From contig NC_092673.1 of NCBI RefSeq assembly GCF_964355755.1, positions 14,852,948-14,916,947 of the forward strand: DNA of 64,000 nt, read 5' to 3'. The stretch comes from Antedon mediterranea (taxonomy: Eukaryota; Animalia; Echinodermata). The notes under the pieces were generated by a model. The model had not been told where the DNA came from, searched no databases, and was given only the letters and a program-made list of their open reading frames with translations. Positions 35,901 through 48,479 of the stretch are shown here, piece by piece; position 1 is the stretch's first letter, and every line of letters starts with the position of its first letter. Both the position numbers and the translations under genes were made by a program.

Positions 35901-38900
35901 GTCAAAGATTCAGCGACGTATGCTTAAATAATTAATAATAATTAGACAAGGGAATTAATTGGTTGTCAAAGGTTACCTAAACTAAATTATTTCTCTTTTC
36001 AAAGTACATAACATTATATCAATCTAAATGCATTGTTATGAAAAAAGGCGAAAGCATCGATAAAGACATAATGTTTGTAAAGGTTGTAATTTAATGTTTA
36101 CGCCCATTGAATACATTAAATGTATTCAATGGGCGTCACATTGTTACTGAGAACAAGTATTATTCATTTACCTCTAAAAGTTACGATTATATTTTTTGTT
36201 ATAAATACAGTTACCAGTAAAAGGTTGGTTAAGAAACTATACAGACAAGACATACATACCATTCATTTCCTCTGTCCATTTTTCTGGGAGTAAGTGGACA
36301 ATTGGACGTGGTGAAGTGGTATTAAGACCTTTAAAATAAAATAAAAAATGAGAAAGTTTGTCTTACGCGTTGAACAGTCTATAATATACAGTATATTATA
36401 TCACCAGTCTCTCCCCCTTCCCCATCCGCCACCCAATGAGCCTTGACGATGTTTATGGGAGAAATAATGATACTTGCAGAAAACAATAAAACATCATACT
36501 GCGTGTGCTCAGTTAAGGATTGAAAGAGCCTACCTCAATATTAACCGTTACAACATTAAAAACAGTGTTGCAATTATTTATAATAGGTCTACGTTTTTTT
36601 ATATTGTACCTTCTTACCTTCATGCAAGCTCACTAAAATTTGGGCAATCTCTCTTTTTTTAGGCCTATCATCAGAATCTGTAAATGTGGGGATAAAAAAA
36701 CGTATACAAAAATATACATTGGAGTGGATTGGTGGGTATTAGAACACACGTGTACGCCTACCGTACCGTGCCGTTAATTTAAACAGATGACTATAAAAGT
36801 ATTACATATTCCTACCAGCTTCTGGCTGCATAAAAACATCCTCCTCTTCTGGGACATTGGAGACAGTTTCTTCAACAGTAGCCATATCGCTTGTATCTGC
36901 AAATGTGAGGATAAAAAAAACCATCACAACACGAAAGTATACACTCATTGGCGGCATTCACTAACTGCAATTTTTGCACAATAATTGTTATAAATAGTAA
37001 GTTTTTGACCGTATGTGGATTTGTGTGTAGTAATACGCCGCACATTTCATTTAAACGGATGACTATAAAAATACGTTTGCCCTACCATTTTATAGATTTA
37101 GAAGGGTTCTTCAAAAGTAATTTCGTCGGAAATTGATGTTTTTGAAACAAATAACTTACAAGCCACTGTAACTATCAAGAAACTAGTACTTTCACAGAAG
37201 GGCGGGTTAGTATAAAGTAAAGCATGATTTAAAATCCGAATAGTCTAATATTAAATGAAACATGTTAAATACCTGTATCAAACGCTCTTCTAACATAAGG
37301 CCTGATATGTGCAAGAGAGCATTTACTTGTTTTCCCATCCTTAGTTAGATGAGCAGATTGTTTTATAATCTCCGTTATTGTAAATGGTCCAATCCACTTT
37401 GGTTGTAGCGCATGACTCTTTCTGTGAATTCTTCTGCTATTTAATTTCAAAACTTTCATTCCTTTTGTGTACTCAATTTTTTTGATTTTTTTACCCATCC
37501 TTTTCTGGTATTGCTTCTTCTGGTTTTTTTTGCAACTTTGTTGTTTGTGTTTGCCTGTAAAAAGTAAAAAATGCATACCTTATTTTCCTAACAGTATGGT
37601 GAAACCATTAAAAATATTTGAATATTAATTTTAAAATGTTAATTACGATTTTGCTTAGCTCCTGTGTTTGTTTCCTCAGCCGTTCTAGGTGGTCGTTGGA
37701 ACAAGGATTTACAATGACATCAGTAGGCCTATCCTCATCGCGTATTTCGGAAAAAAAACGGGGTTCGCGTCCGAACAGTAACAAGTACGGGGACATTTTC
37801 GTCGACTCATTGAAACTGCACCTTAGTGCCCACAATGCTTTGTCAAGATGGTCATCCCAGTCTGATTGCTTGTCATTACAGAACTGGAAATTAATTGAAA
37901 AACATGATTATTGATTATAATTTAAAAATATCAACAACATTGCTAGGAAAGATGCAACAACTTGTATGTACGCTATCGTTCGTCTCTTGGGTATAGGACC
38001 TTGAAACAGTATAATTACCCACCCAGAAACGATGATGTTGATGATGATAATAATAATGATGACGATGATGATGATGTTGACGATAATGATGATGATGATT
38101 GATGATTATGATGTTGACGAGGATGATGATGGTGATGACGATGATGAGGATAATGAAGATAATGATGGTGATGATGATGAGGGCGATGATGATGATGATT
38201 ATTGTTACTTGCCTTCGTCAATGTCCGCTTTAAACTTCCGTTCGTTCGTTCGTCCTGGCCATTTGTTTGTGGATGGTACGCTGCTGTGACTGAGTGCTTA
38301 ACTTTCCATTTTTGGAACAACAGGTCATTCAGCAACTGTAATAATTAAAACTGATTAGTACTCCTTTGTTAGATTTTTTCTTACTACCAATGAAGACTAT
38401 AAATAATGAAATGCCTTATTTCAAAAATATTGTTACAGGATAATTACAGAATTTTAATTTTTTATTTCGTTCCTTTATAAACAGGTAATAATTAGGCATA
38501 TGAAACGAACCTTGTTGTTAAATTCTTTCCCCTGGTCTGTAATTATCCTTACCGGGGCACCATGCCGGTAGTACCATTTTTCAATGGCCTTAAATACAGA
38601 TTTCGCTGATTTATCTTTAACTGGCTCTGCTTCTGTCCATTTCGTAAACAGGTCTGTCGACGTGACAACATATTTGTTACCATGTTCGGTTGTAGACATT
38701 GGCCCAAACAGGTCTATCCCCCAGACCTTCATTGCCTCCTCAACCTATCATTTCAATCATTGAATAAGATATTGGTAATTGATATTGACAATAATTCAAA
38801 AAGCGTATACCAAATAAAATGTGGTTTTTTTTTGTGAAAAATTCTCTGTTAATAAAAAAACAAAACAGAACCGTATAATTGTATAAATTTCAATACGGTA

Positions 38901-41388
38901 GTACTTACAACTATAGGTTTTAATTCTGGCACAACTGTTGTCAGTTTAGTGGTCTTCTGGCATGAATGACATGAAGTGATCTATAATGTTAATAAAGTGA
39001 TAAAATCGCATGTCGTAACGATTCTGGTTAAATTATTCTCTTTAGATTACAATATCCAACAGTATATATGTAACCCGAGTTTCTAGCAAGAAACTAAAAT
39101 TTCCAAGAAGTATTAAATAATCAAATCAAGGAAAACGCCTTATAAATTAAAAGGTAGATTTATTCCTTTGACATCAACTTGTCGGAATTTACATAAAACC
39201 AATATTATTTGTTCACAAGATAAAACATTAAAGTGTCCACAAAACTAAAAGTTTATATTAAAATTGAGTCTTCAGTTGAAACAATTCCGACTTGAAAGTT
39301 TCCACAGTAGAGTAAATGTTATCAACGAAATGTTCCGACCAATGGTGTAATAATTGCAATAATGATTCGTAAATTTCAAAAGTAGTGTTTTCTCATCTAA
39401 GAAAAGAGAAAATATATACATAATACTATATTATAACTATAAAACAATTTAAATCAAATATCATTTGGTACATAATTAAAATACCACAATGTTTGCAAAA
39501 TAACCTAGGCTGTGATAGACAATTAAACAAAATAAAACATAATCCGTCAATACCGCCAGGTTCGATTAACACTGATTGGTATATGATTATTCACACTACT
39601 CATTAAAACAATAGTTACATTTTATAGTTAGAGGTACTTCGTTTGGTAAGTATGCTAATACTTGATACCAATATAACTACATTGCAACGCAATGGATAAT
39701 AGCAATAGCTATTCAAACGTGTGTCTATCAACATATTAACCTGACTATTATAAACTCAGGATGGTTAATGCATCCATTCAATAAACTAAATTATAAACTA
39801 AAAGGTAATTAAATGTATAAAAATAAATGTCGCATAAAGCGGAAATCAAAAATAAGTGTAAAATACAATAGTCTCAATTCTACAATCACACTCCAATTGT
39901 CTCTAGGTCAATCAATACCGAGAGTGTACTGCCATCTAGTAAATGACCCACATTTACCAGAATCGTCCTGATACACTCATAAAATTAAAAGTATTTTAGC
40001 AAAAGCAAGTTAATCACTTCAAGACCCTTTAACTTAAAACAGGAGAGAACAATGTGTGATTGCAGAACCTTACTTTACAGTAACATAAATTACCAAGCGC
40101 AATTGCAAATGGTATCACAAAAGTTATAAAATATAATCAAAGTTAAGTATCACATAACTAATCTAAAGCATTGAGCCAATGCAAACATAATGCATAAACC
40201 TATCTTCATAAGCTTAAATCTCAAATTAAGTTATATTAACAAACTTGTTAAACATAAAATAATATAATTGATAGTTCTTACCTAAGAAAAGAGCCAAAAT
40301 ATGAAAAAGTGACTTCCTTTAAAGTTGTTAAAAATGTATAGATGTTTCTTGTGAGCAGGCACAAGTGGAAGTGAGGTATAATCATCAGAAATGAAGATAA
40401 TCACCTTAGTTGCCTAGCAACTTGGCAAAACACATTCCTTACTTCCCAAACAGTGGTCACTTTGACCCACTTGGGGTAACCTTTGTTGCAATTAAGCTGC
40501 ATTCTTTTCTACTGACCTATAAACTATATTTATATACATTGTAAAAACAGATACATTCAAATAAATAAAATCAAACAGAAAGATATAAGAAAGATATAAA
40601 TGGTAAAAATATATTCATAAAAATCATAGGGTTACATATATATATTTACCCATTCATTAACATCCTTGGTAATAGACAACCAGTAGAATCTACTGCTAAT
40701 GTTTTTAAGTGCACGACGAATTCCTATATGTGGCCCACCTTCCTCATCTCCATGCACCTCTTTTAGCACGCCTGACACCTCTTCTTGAGTCATAAGAACC
40801 TTTCTTTTTTTTTCATTCCCAAGCGTGTACCACATTGTGTCGCCTAAAACATAAAACAGGGTGAAGCTATAGGCTATGTACAACAACAGAATTTAAACAA
40901 TATTTCGCATGCAGATAGATTTTGTTTAAAAATGTCAAATCGACCGTTAATCTATTATACTAAATCAAATCAAATTAAAATTGTGCACGGGAAAACGCTA
41001 TACAAAATAAACGCACGCACGCGCGAATTATTTGACACAAAAATGGATTCTGTCATTCATTGCGTAACTCTTTATTGTGGCTTTGCTTTTTTGCCACGTG
41101 CAAGTTCAGTGATATTGGCGAACGTTCAACTAATATTATTACAATTTTTACTGTTCTTGTATTGTGTAATTAACAGTGCAAAGTGGTCTAACTTATATTA
41201 AAGTAAACAAGTAAAAAACACATAGGCCTACCGTCTAATGTGAACGCTTTTGCTTTGCGTTTTAATGATTTTATCCTGTTCGTCATTTTTCGTTTTTCAC
41301 TAAAACAGTCTATCAAGAAATCAGGAGATATTTTTCCGCTTTTTAAATATTCCTTTATGTACACAAGTTGAATCCCTTCCTTGACCAT
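30811..41388 (-). CDS. Multi-exon Ginger transposase (Gypsy-like integrase + GPF + OTU protease domain); 3' end unresolved
   Basis: Exons encode EVH..GGPHIG..FYW / CHSCQ (HHCC), WGIDLFGP, IITDQGKEF, YHPQTNGQDERTN, SPYLLLFGREPR, PKWIGPF, then OTU PGDGNCLYHALAHQ..WGDQI..LHY; GT-AG junctions checked mostly in phase. Confidence 0.85.
30964..34293 (+). mobile_element. 5'-truncated L1/Tx1-clade LINE (ORF2 fragment 31006-32862) in a Ginger intron
   Basis: LDFQKAFD, GIRQGCPLS, QLADD, GRITIVK, GGL, C-terminal C..C..E...H....C; poly-A tail; 13-bp TSD GTAATTCATGTAA at 30951 and 34294. Confidence 0.93.
38030..38200. repeat. (GAT)n degenerate microsatellite in an integrase intron
   Basis: Visible; starts just after the splice donor following SLKRTLTK. 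Confidence 0.9.
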
Positions 41389-42249
41389 GATGAATTATAT
41401 TAAAGTATTAGTACAAAAACAAATGATTTTAAGAAATTTAAGAAACCACGTCAGCCTTCATCTCTTTCTTCCAACACGTGTGGGTGCCAGCGGAGAAATT
41501 AATATGAACGAGAGCGCATGTGCGAAAGTTCTTTGCAAGTTTATATTAATTTTCAAAAATTTTACTAGAAGATATATTTTATTTTCATCCAATACTGTTT
41601 CCAACATCTCTCGGCATCTAATGTCAGTTGTACTGTATGTTGAAATGAAGTGATTGCCACTATAATACCAGACCTCATATTTTTTAGACATACCACCGTA
41701 CCTATCATACATTTATTTTCATACAGTTTAATATTTCTGAAACTGTCGCTGTTTCCAACACCTACTACACTAGACCAATAAAAGAATATTTAATATTAGC
41801 TTTATTGTGACTGTTGAAGCACCATGTATTAATTAATTTGTTAAATGTACTTATTGCATGCTGTATTTTTAATGATAATATTAATAATGCCCATTACAGA
41901 TGTCGTTTAAACCAGTTGCTACGTAGCCATGCACTTAAGTCAATCAAACAATTCCAAGAGGGTTACGTGTATATAACCTCTAGACCTTTTGCATCGTAAA
42001 AAAAACTAAGATGACAGCTTTTAGCTACTGATTTGACAGAAATATCTTTTAAAACATCAACCTCAACTTTAATGCGATAGCCAAATTGTTCATGTCAATT
42101 ACCTAATTAGGTTTCGTTACTGTGTAGGCCTATTTATATTATTACAATATGATCAAGAACACTCAATAATGTAACGCACGCGAATATAACTCATTGTTAT
42201 TTTGCAAAATTAGATTCCATTGCTGTGTATTTATGTTATATTGTTATTT

Positions 42250-45200
42250 AATAATAATAATAAATGAAGACTTATATAGCGCCGGTATCCTCCACCCATG
42301 TGGCGCTCATGGCGCTTTGTGCATTAACAACGTGCGAGAACATCAGCGAATAGCGACGTCTTTAGGTTGGTCTTGAAACTGTTTTGACTAGTTGAGCATT
42401 TAACTGTTGCTGGTAAGCTGTTCCATACACTTGCGGCCGCAACGTAAAAAGATCTCTGACCCCACTGATTTTTCGCTCTACGCTCTTGAAGAAGGTTTTG
42501 TGACAATGATCGTAGGCCTCTGCGGGATGATTCGTAACGATCCACAAGGTCAGATAAATAATCAGGAGCACTGTCATTTAGGATCTTGAATACAAACAAC
42601 GCAAGTTTGTACTTAATACGTTGTTGAACAGGCAACCAATGCAAATCCATCAGGACAGGAGTTATGTGAGCGTTTGATTTTGTATAAGTTACAATTCTAG
42701 CTGCCATATTTTGCAAGCGCTGCAAACGTTGTATTTGAGATTTTGGTATGCCAAACAACAAGGCATTACCAATGTCAATTTTAGAAGTGACAAATGAGTG
42801 TACAATCAATTCAGCTGTTTTCTTGTTAAGATTACCGCGAATACGACCAAGGTTCCTAATCGATATGCATGCTGCTTTGGATACAGTTGTTATTTGTGCT
42901 TCCATAGTGAGATTACTATCCAGCATGATTCCCAGATTCCGGACCACCGATGAGGGAGCGATGTTAGAGTTTCCGATTCTGATATGTGTGATGTTGATTT
43001 TGGAGATGTTACATTTAGACCCGACGATAATAAACTCTGTCTTTCCATCATTCAACTTTAGGTAATTTGTTGTCATCCAATTGCGAACATCTTCTATACA
43101 GGCTTCCATCTTACTGATTGCTGCAGCAACATCCCTTTGCACTGGATTTACTGACACATAAATCTGTGTATCATCTGCATAGAAATGGAAATGTAGACTG
43201 TGTTTGCGAATAATGTCACCAAGGGGAAGCGTATAAATGGAAAACTGGCCAGGCCCAATTACTGACCCCTGTGGTACACCATATTCCAGGCAAACTTCAT
43301 CTGAGAATGCATCATTGATACAGACTAGCTGACGTCTTCCTGTAAGATATGACTGGAACCAGTTAAGAGCAACACCATTTATGCCAATGCGATTTCTCAG
43401 ACGGGTTATCAGTCTTTGGTGATCAACTGTATCAAACGCTGCTGACAAATCCAACAACACCAATAGCGTTATTTTCCCATCATTCATTCCTTGTAACAAA
43501 TCATTCTGTACCTTTAAAAGGGAACTCTCCGTGCTATGACATGCACGATATGCCGACTGGTAATTCTCATTTAAATTATGCTTTTGAAGATATGGAGTAA
43601 TGCGTGATGTCACTACACGCTCCAGAGTCTTTCCAAGAAAAGAAAGATTCGACACCGGGCGGTAATTTTTCAGCGTGTTATGATCCAAGTTTTGCTTTTT
43701 TATTAAAGGACGAACGTGAGCAATTTTCAGTTCATCTGGCACTATGCCGGTATTAAGAGAATGGTTAATGATTTCCGTTATTATTGGAACGACTGCGTCT
43801 ATACACTTCTTCAGTATAGAAGTAGGAACTGGATCTAACCTGCATGATTTTGTTGGTGATTTCATCAGAATGTTGCGGATCTCATCTTGAGATGCTGGTG
43901 TAAATGTTGTGAGATGCTGATGAACAGCTGTCACAGGCTCATTTAATGACATGTCATCAATCTTGAAGTCGTCTCTGATGATCTTGATCTTGTCTGTGAA
44001 AAACTGACAGAACCTGTTCGCAAGATCTAAGTCAGAAAGACTATCTGGGAGAGGTGATACCTGGCGATGATGAAGGAGTTGGTTAACAATTTTAAAAAGT
44101 CCTTTCTGATCTGCTGCATGTTCTTCACACAAGCCAATGTAGTAGTTGGCCTTTGCCTTTCTTACCATGGAATTTACATTCCTCTTCTGTGCAATGTAAG
44201 CTTGACGATCTATTTCCAGATGAGAGATTCTCCATTTCTTTTCAAGCTTACGCTTTGTTCTTTTCTCAGCATAGATGTCACTGTTATACCAACTAGTGTT
44301 TGGTCGGACCTTTACTGTTCTCTTTTTCGGTGGTGCGTGTTTGTCAAGAAGTTCACTCAAAGTGGTGACATATAGTCGTACTTTACTTGATAAATCAAGA
44401 TTTGAGAGCGAAGTTCCGAGATCAGACTGTGTGATATCTTTACATAATGTCTCAAAATTTATAGCATTCCAATGACGAGTTTCGATGGATTTAGTGATTA
44501 CGGGTGGCTTCTTGATAAGGAGATTACATGTGATTGCATAGTGATCTGATATACCATCAATGACATTAAGGTTTGAGAAAACAGGAGGATCAGATGAACG
44601 AGTGATCAGCAAGTCTAATGTATGACCATGTCGGTGTGTAGGTGTAGACACATGCTGTTGAAGACTGCTTGCTACAAGTAGATTCCGAAAATGAATTGCA
44701 TCTGCATCATTTGGCATATCCACATGGATGTTAAAGTCTCCAACAAATAGTATGGGAGCCGGCTTCAATACATAGTGATCAACCAAAGTTGAGAATTCTT
44801 CAGTGAAAACATTTAGACTGCAACCCGTTGATTTGCTTTGAGGACGATATACTGCTACGAGGAAAACTGAGGATGCATTGCTGACTATTTCCACATTTAG
44901 CAGTTCAAATGATTTTGGTAATAATCCCGTGTCATAACATTTAACCGCTATGCTTTCTTTGTAAAGAAGTGCAACTCCACCACCTCTTTTAGTACCAGCA
45001 CGGGGAGCATGTTTGAGAGAGTATCCGTTGGGTGTAATATTTCCTATAACTGATGTGTCTTCTGGTTTAAGCCACGTTTCCGAAAGGGCAACAACATCCA
45101 GATTATGTTCGATAACGAAATCCACAAATTCTGTTGTTTTGTTCCGAACGGATCTTGTATTAATACTGCAAAATTTAATATTGTTTTTAGATAAGAGAGA

Positions 45201-45430
45201 GTTTGATGATAAGTCCGGAAATGATAGATTGTTTTTAGTGTGTTTGTCACGCCCAGCTCTTGTACCACGCCTGGTTTTTCTTTTTGGCCTCCTTGGTAAT
45301 AGGTGGATACTACAGCTACTGGAGTTCAACTTAAAAGATTGTATAATTAAGCAAGATTCTTCAGGAAGTTCACAACTGTTATTGTTGTTGGTTACACAGC
45401 CCTGTAAACCATGAAGAAACTCAGAGCTAT
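42250..45430 (-). mobile_element. L2-clade LINE with an intact 1001-aa APE+RT ORF (42324-45329)
   Basis: SETWL, GDFN, SDH (APE); LDLSAAFDTVDH, GVPQGS, YADD (RT); HWLPV..RI; short 3' UTR ending GCGCTATATAAG and a (TTA)n tail. Confidence 0.93.
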
Positions 45431-46320
45431 AAGCTATAATGTTAAATGTAACAGCTTGAATTGTTTCTTACCTCCTCCCCCTACTTGCCACAGTTTAGGC
45501 CTAAACCAAATACGAACTATAATTATGTATAGCGAGACGATCAAGAACAAAAGATAACGTAACGTACTTTAACATAACTCATGTTTATTGCAAAATTAGG
45601 TTCCATTTCTGTGTATTTATGTTATATTGATAATAAATTTTATGTATTGGCCAGCTTCACTAAACTTTTTCTATACCCCTAACCTTCTAAATTTATTAAG
45701 TTTGCATCATATATAGACAAACAACATGATCAAGAACACTCGATATAATGGTCGCACAATATAACTCATCATGGTAATTGCAAAATTAGGTTCCATTCCT
45801 GTGTATTTATGTAATGTTGGTAATGAATGTTATGCATTGAACAGCTTGACTAACTTATCCCTTACCCCTCTCCAACCCTCCTAACATTAATTAACTTTGC
45901 ATCATAATATAGACAAATGATCAAGAACACTCGATATGTAACGCACGCGAATATAACTCATTGTTATTTTGCAAAATTAGGTTCCATTACTGTGTATTAT
46001 GTTATATTGTTATTTAAGCTAATGTTAAATGTAACAGCTTGACTAGAATTTTTCTTACCTCCTCCCCCCACTTGCTACAGTTTATACCAAATACGAACTA
46101 TGTATAGCGAGACGATCAAGAACAAAAGGTAACGTAACGTACTTTAACATAACTCATGTTTATTGCAAAATTGGTTCTTTTACTGTTTATGTTTATTTTT
46201 TATACAGTATGTAACAACTAGACTTTCCATTACCCCTCCACCTTTGACTTGCTACAGTTTGTACCATATAAACAAGATGATAAAGAACAAAAGATGTTAA
46301 CGTAACGCACGTGAATATAA
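45430..46320. repeat. Degenerate ~180-200-bp tandem repeat; related copies at 42140-42250 and 29440-29620
   Basis: GATCAAGAACA..TAACGT..ACTCATGTTTATTGCAAAATTAGGTT recurs. Confidence 0.8.
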
Positions 46321-46349
46321 CTAATTATTAAAAGGTTTAATGTATTATT

Positions 46350-46610
46350 AATGGTTCTCAAGTTTAACTGGAAACTGAGGAAATTCGAATCCAGCAGTGC
46401 AGCGTCTACCAGATCGGCACACCGGGAGATCCCCTACTCTTTTCGAATAGTGGACTGTAGCAAGTTCTGTTAAGTACACGGGACCAACGGCTTTACATCC
46501 CATCCTAAAGACGAGGCAATGAGAGTAGCGCGTCTTGCCTAAGGATGCAATTAGTATGGTACAGATAACCTCGACCCATGCCTATCACATTCTAGTCCGA
46601 TATTATTAGT
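46350..46610 (-). mobile_element. SINE fragment resembling the Meta-SINE central domain
   Basis: Reverse complement GGGATGTAAAGCCGTTGGTCC..CACTATTCGAAAAGAGTAGGGG; recognised from memory only. Confidence 0.4.
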
Positions 46611-48479
46611 ACACCATCACTCTCCAGTATATACAGCACCCGCCGCTAGGAAATAAAATCCATCGGTGAATATTGAAGATCTTGACCAAAAAATTCCCTT
46701 CTTGCTAAATTTGCACTGTGCGAACAAAAATTCAAACAGAGGATTACTGTACTAAACGGTACTGTAAGATGTAACGTATAGGCCTCCAACCATAATCTAT
46801 ATTTAAATAAAAAAAAAGTTTAAATAAGTTATACATTAACAATAAATTACATTGAAAACACATAAAATAAAATGAAACGGAACTGACATCAAAATAAAGT
46901 TTATAAACAATGAATCACTAAACCAAAATACCACAACAATGACAGGTAAATGATGGTGGTCTAGATATCTTACAACTGGAAAAACTACATGTCATGCTGA
47001 TTAATGGGTGTAAATGCTTTCGGACAATTCAATCGGGCACTTGTTTAGCTCGATTAGGAATTTGTATCTATCATGCCAGTTCACTATACTTTTAGGTTAA
47101 ATGTCACCATCATTCAAAAAGGGTACTCAGGGAAACAACCCGTATTATTATTATATATAAAACTAGGCAACAGGCTACATAGATGTTCGAAAGATTGACA
47201 GTGACCTATTTTGCTTTTCCATCCCTTCCTAACCAATTTTTAATCAGTGACTCTCGTGTAATATTGGAGTGGCATAGTTCAACAATTTTACCCCAATAAC
47301 AATGGTTACAGTGCACACACACAGTATGCATTTAAGATTATACACACTCAACGAGATTAATTCCCTATGCTAGCGCCACACATGCACATGTTGATAGGAT
47401 CTCAAAAATAAGACGAATTACATTGTACAGTATAACCTAAAGGTTTTATTTATGTAATATATATTGCAGAATAACGTCACCTATATACAATGTTCTGCAG
47501 TGTTATAATATAAATGTAGACATTAAATATAAAAATACAAAGCAAAGAGATGGATAGTAAATTTGACCCGCGGGAATTCCAAAAAATGTCTCGGCAAAAT
47601 AAATGAGTAAAACCATTCGGCTAAAACATTTATTTTAGGGCGTATATAATTAAAAACAGACAAAAAGATGTAAATCATAAAAACAGGAAATAATTGAAAT
47701 ATTACGTTTAAGTTTGCGCGTCAGGCAGATTTTAAAAATTATTTGGGTTCGAATCTAACCACTAGCCATCAGCACAAGCTAGTTCGGTGGAAATTACAAA
47801 GTACAAATTACGTGAGAGTAGGGCAAAACATAAAACACAATATACCAACTTATTCGAATACAACTACACTAGGCTTATAATTATAAATTAATGTCAAATA
47901 ATTATCTTGGAGGACTCGAGTATGAACATATTTGGAGTCTAAAAACACGTCCGCATATAAAAAACTATTCGTTCTATAGTGTCAAAGGTTAAATGTGCGG
48001 ACGTGTCTTCAGTGAATATATTCCTAACACATAACCCTTGGCCATAGTTGCCATTTCTGGCATTATTATGCTTTTTGGCATTATTTGGAGGCCCACGGCA
48101 TCTGGCATAATGCCGCGGCATTATTTAGCCGTTTTTAGCATAATCTGGCATAATTTTGTGTTTTTTGAACAACCAAAAAAATAATATACCACAGAACAAA
48201 AATAAAATATTTAGTTTATAAATCTTGCAATTTAATACATATTATCACCTTAGGCTTATACAATATCATATCGTACAAAACAGATCTGTTCGGGTTTTCC
48301 GTACAATAGTTCTTCCATCCTTTAGTTTCGGACTTAATCGACTCTTCGGATAGGAAGGCTGCTTGAAAACTACCGTGTGTGCGATATAGGCAGTACAACA
48401 AATCCGAAGAGGCTAGCTATTGGCCAATTATGTTGCTCTATTTCAGAGATCATGCAGGTTATTGGATCCCCACGGGTGT

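Noticed and set aside
38015-38289. Poly-His/Ser and poly-Asp/Met ORFs
   Set aside because: Translations of an intronic (GAT)n microsatellite
37265-41388. Gypsy LTR retrotransposon
   Set aside because: Integrase is split by introns, with no gag, RT or LTR; TIRs and an OTU domain fit Ginger
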